NCBI RefSeq assembly: GCF_049075655.1 | Contig: NZ_CP157522.1 | Location: forward strand, 768,001 to 832,000 | Reading direction: 5' to 3' | From: Methanothermococcus sp. Ax23 | Lineage (GTDB): Archaea > AGJL01 > Methanococci > Methanococcales > Methanococcaceae | DNA: 64,000 nucleotides | Shown: piece after piece, positions 62,853 through 64,000 of the stretch | How the letters are laid out: each line of letters starts with the position of its first letter | Position numbering within the stretch: position 1 is the stretch's first letter | Translations under genes and position numbers: made by a program | Notes under the pieces: generated by a model | The model's database searches: none | The model's input: only the letters and a program-made list of their open reading frames with translations | What the model was told of the DNA's origin: nothing

Positions 62853-63446
62853 TTATTCAAATATGACATTTTTTATGAGCTCACATTTCAAAGAGTTGCT
62901 TATTAAACATTTCTTCGAACCTTCTAATATTATGTTGGTGAGCTCCTCTTCTGACTTACTGCTATCTTCAATTTTTACATGGATGTTCAATGTAATTTGT
63001 TCAATACATCCTTTTTCAAAACTTTTTTTAACAGAACCATCTACCTTAACTGTTCCCTTAATACTGAGCTCCTCCAATGTCCTCCCCACGGCAATGGCTG
63101 TGCAACCGCATAATCCGGATAAAAATAAATCCATAGGATTAATTTTGTCCCCCACTGAACCTTTTCCCCCTTTTGATGCTATCTTTAATCCTTTGATATT
63201 TACATCAGTTTCAAATTCTTTTACAAAGGTTGAATTTATGCCTTCATCGTAGTATTTGGATGTTATAATATCAACGATTTTTTTTATTAACTCCTCTCTT
63301 TCCTTTTCAGGTATCTTTGAAATGAAGTTATTTAGACATTTTGGCATCATCTTAGGTATCATCTTGGGTGCAAAATTTTCTGCCATATTTGAATCTATCA
63401 TTTCATCCATCATTTCCATCATGAATTCAGGATTCATTTTTTCCAT
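62853..63446 (-). CDS. OsmC/Ohr-family protein with Met-rich N-terminal domain
   Basis: NPMDLFLSGLCGC and CLISNSL. Confidence 0.75.
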   Translation of the reverse strand: MEKMNPEFMMEMMDEMIDSNMAENFAPKMIPKMMPKCLNNFISKIPEKEREELIKKIVDIITSKYYDEGINSTFVKEFETDVNIKGLKIASKGGKGSVGDKINPMDLFLSGLCGCTAIAVGRTLEELSIKGTVKVDGSVKKSFEKGCIEQITLNIHVKIEDSSKSEEELTNIILEGSKKCLISNSLKCELIKNVIFE

Positions 63447-63694
63447 ATGCTCACCTTTTGAGAGTATTTAAAATAAAATAAATAAAATAATTGTAGTTCG
63501 TTCATCATCAATTAACATTACCTTTAATGTTATGGATATGGCATGCTAATTTTAACATATATTTAATCTGTCCGACTCTCCTATTGCATAGAAAATTGCA
63601 ATAGTCATACGGTAATGGTAAATGACCATGAGCGTTATAGTTTATATTAAATTTTAGATTAAAAGTTAATATTAAAAAATTTTATTATATTATT

Positions 63695-64000
63695 TTATAT
63701 TAAATCATGTTCTTTTAATTTATTGGCAGCTTTTTTAAGAATTTTTTCTTTGATAATAACTTCATGCATATATTCCCTATCTGGGAATATTAATGCATCA
63801 TGAGGGCATAGATTACCGCATGTGGTGCATGAAACTACACAATTGTATGGTCTTGCAACAACAGGTTTTTTCATTTCTTTGTCCCAATCAAATACTACTC
63901 TGTTTCCGCATGTAATATAGCATATACCACAGCCTGTGCATGCATCGTAGTCTATTTTTGGATACCATTCTATATTTTTTCTATCTACACCCCACCAAGG
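63695..64000 (-). CDS. 2x[4Fe-4S] ferredoxin-family protein (5' end outside the window; not in ORF track)
   Basis: Manual translation: PWWGVDRKNIEWYPKIDYDACTGCGICYITC...NCVVSCTTCGNLCP...HDLI*. Confidence 0.85.
   Translation of the reverse strand, partial: PWWGVDRKNIEWYPKIDYDACTGCGICYITCGNRVVFDWDKEMKKPVVARPYNCVVSCTTCGNLCPHDALIFPDREYMHEVIIKEKILKKAANKLKEHDLI

Overview
AT-rich archaeal chromosome segment. The gene content (carS, methanogenesis marker 7, Ehb-type subunits, Kae1-Bud32 fusion, archaeal thrS, flaK, taw2) points to a Methanococcales methanogen. Most of the window is housekeeping. The main feature is a tightly coupled minus-strand operon (about 31.4-47.2 kb) convergent on thrS. In order it encodes: GNAT, TGT/DpdA-like transglycosylase, putative winged-helix protein, [HD-Cas10 without GGDD, Cas5-like RAMP, helical small subunit, Cas7/Csm3-like RAMP], small P-loop protein, BrxC-like ATPase, minimal PglZ, HerA and a PHP-ABC ATPase (Ppl/TrlF-like). 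This reads as an array-less type III-F-like CRISPR effector module nested in a BREX-like/HerA/Dpd-like locus with no methyltransferase. Other observations: strong over-representation of the palindrome GAGCTC (about 70 sites by eye) with gaps over island genes; GATC seen mainly in the island; an IS with TIRs and an 8-bp TSD; a tnpB relic; five tandem membrane paralogs; clusters of GAA/TTC-loop mini-hairpins; a 17-bp duplication breaking an NSS transporter; a candidate ncRNA; and several homopolymer frameshifts that may be sequencing errors. All family calls come from motif recognition by eye, not database searches.
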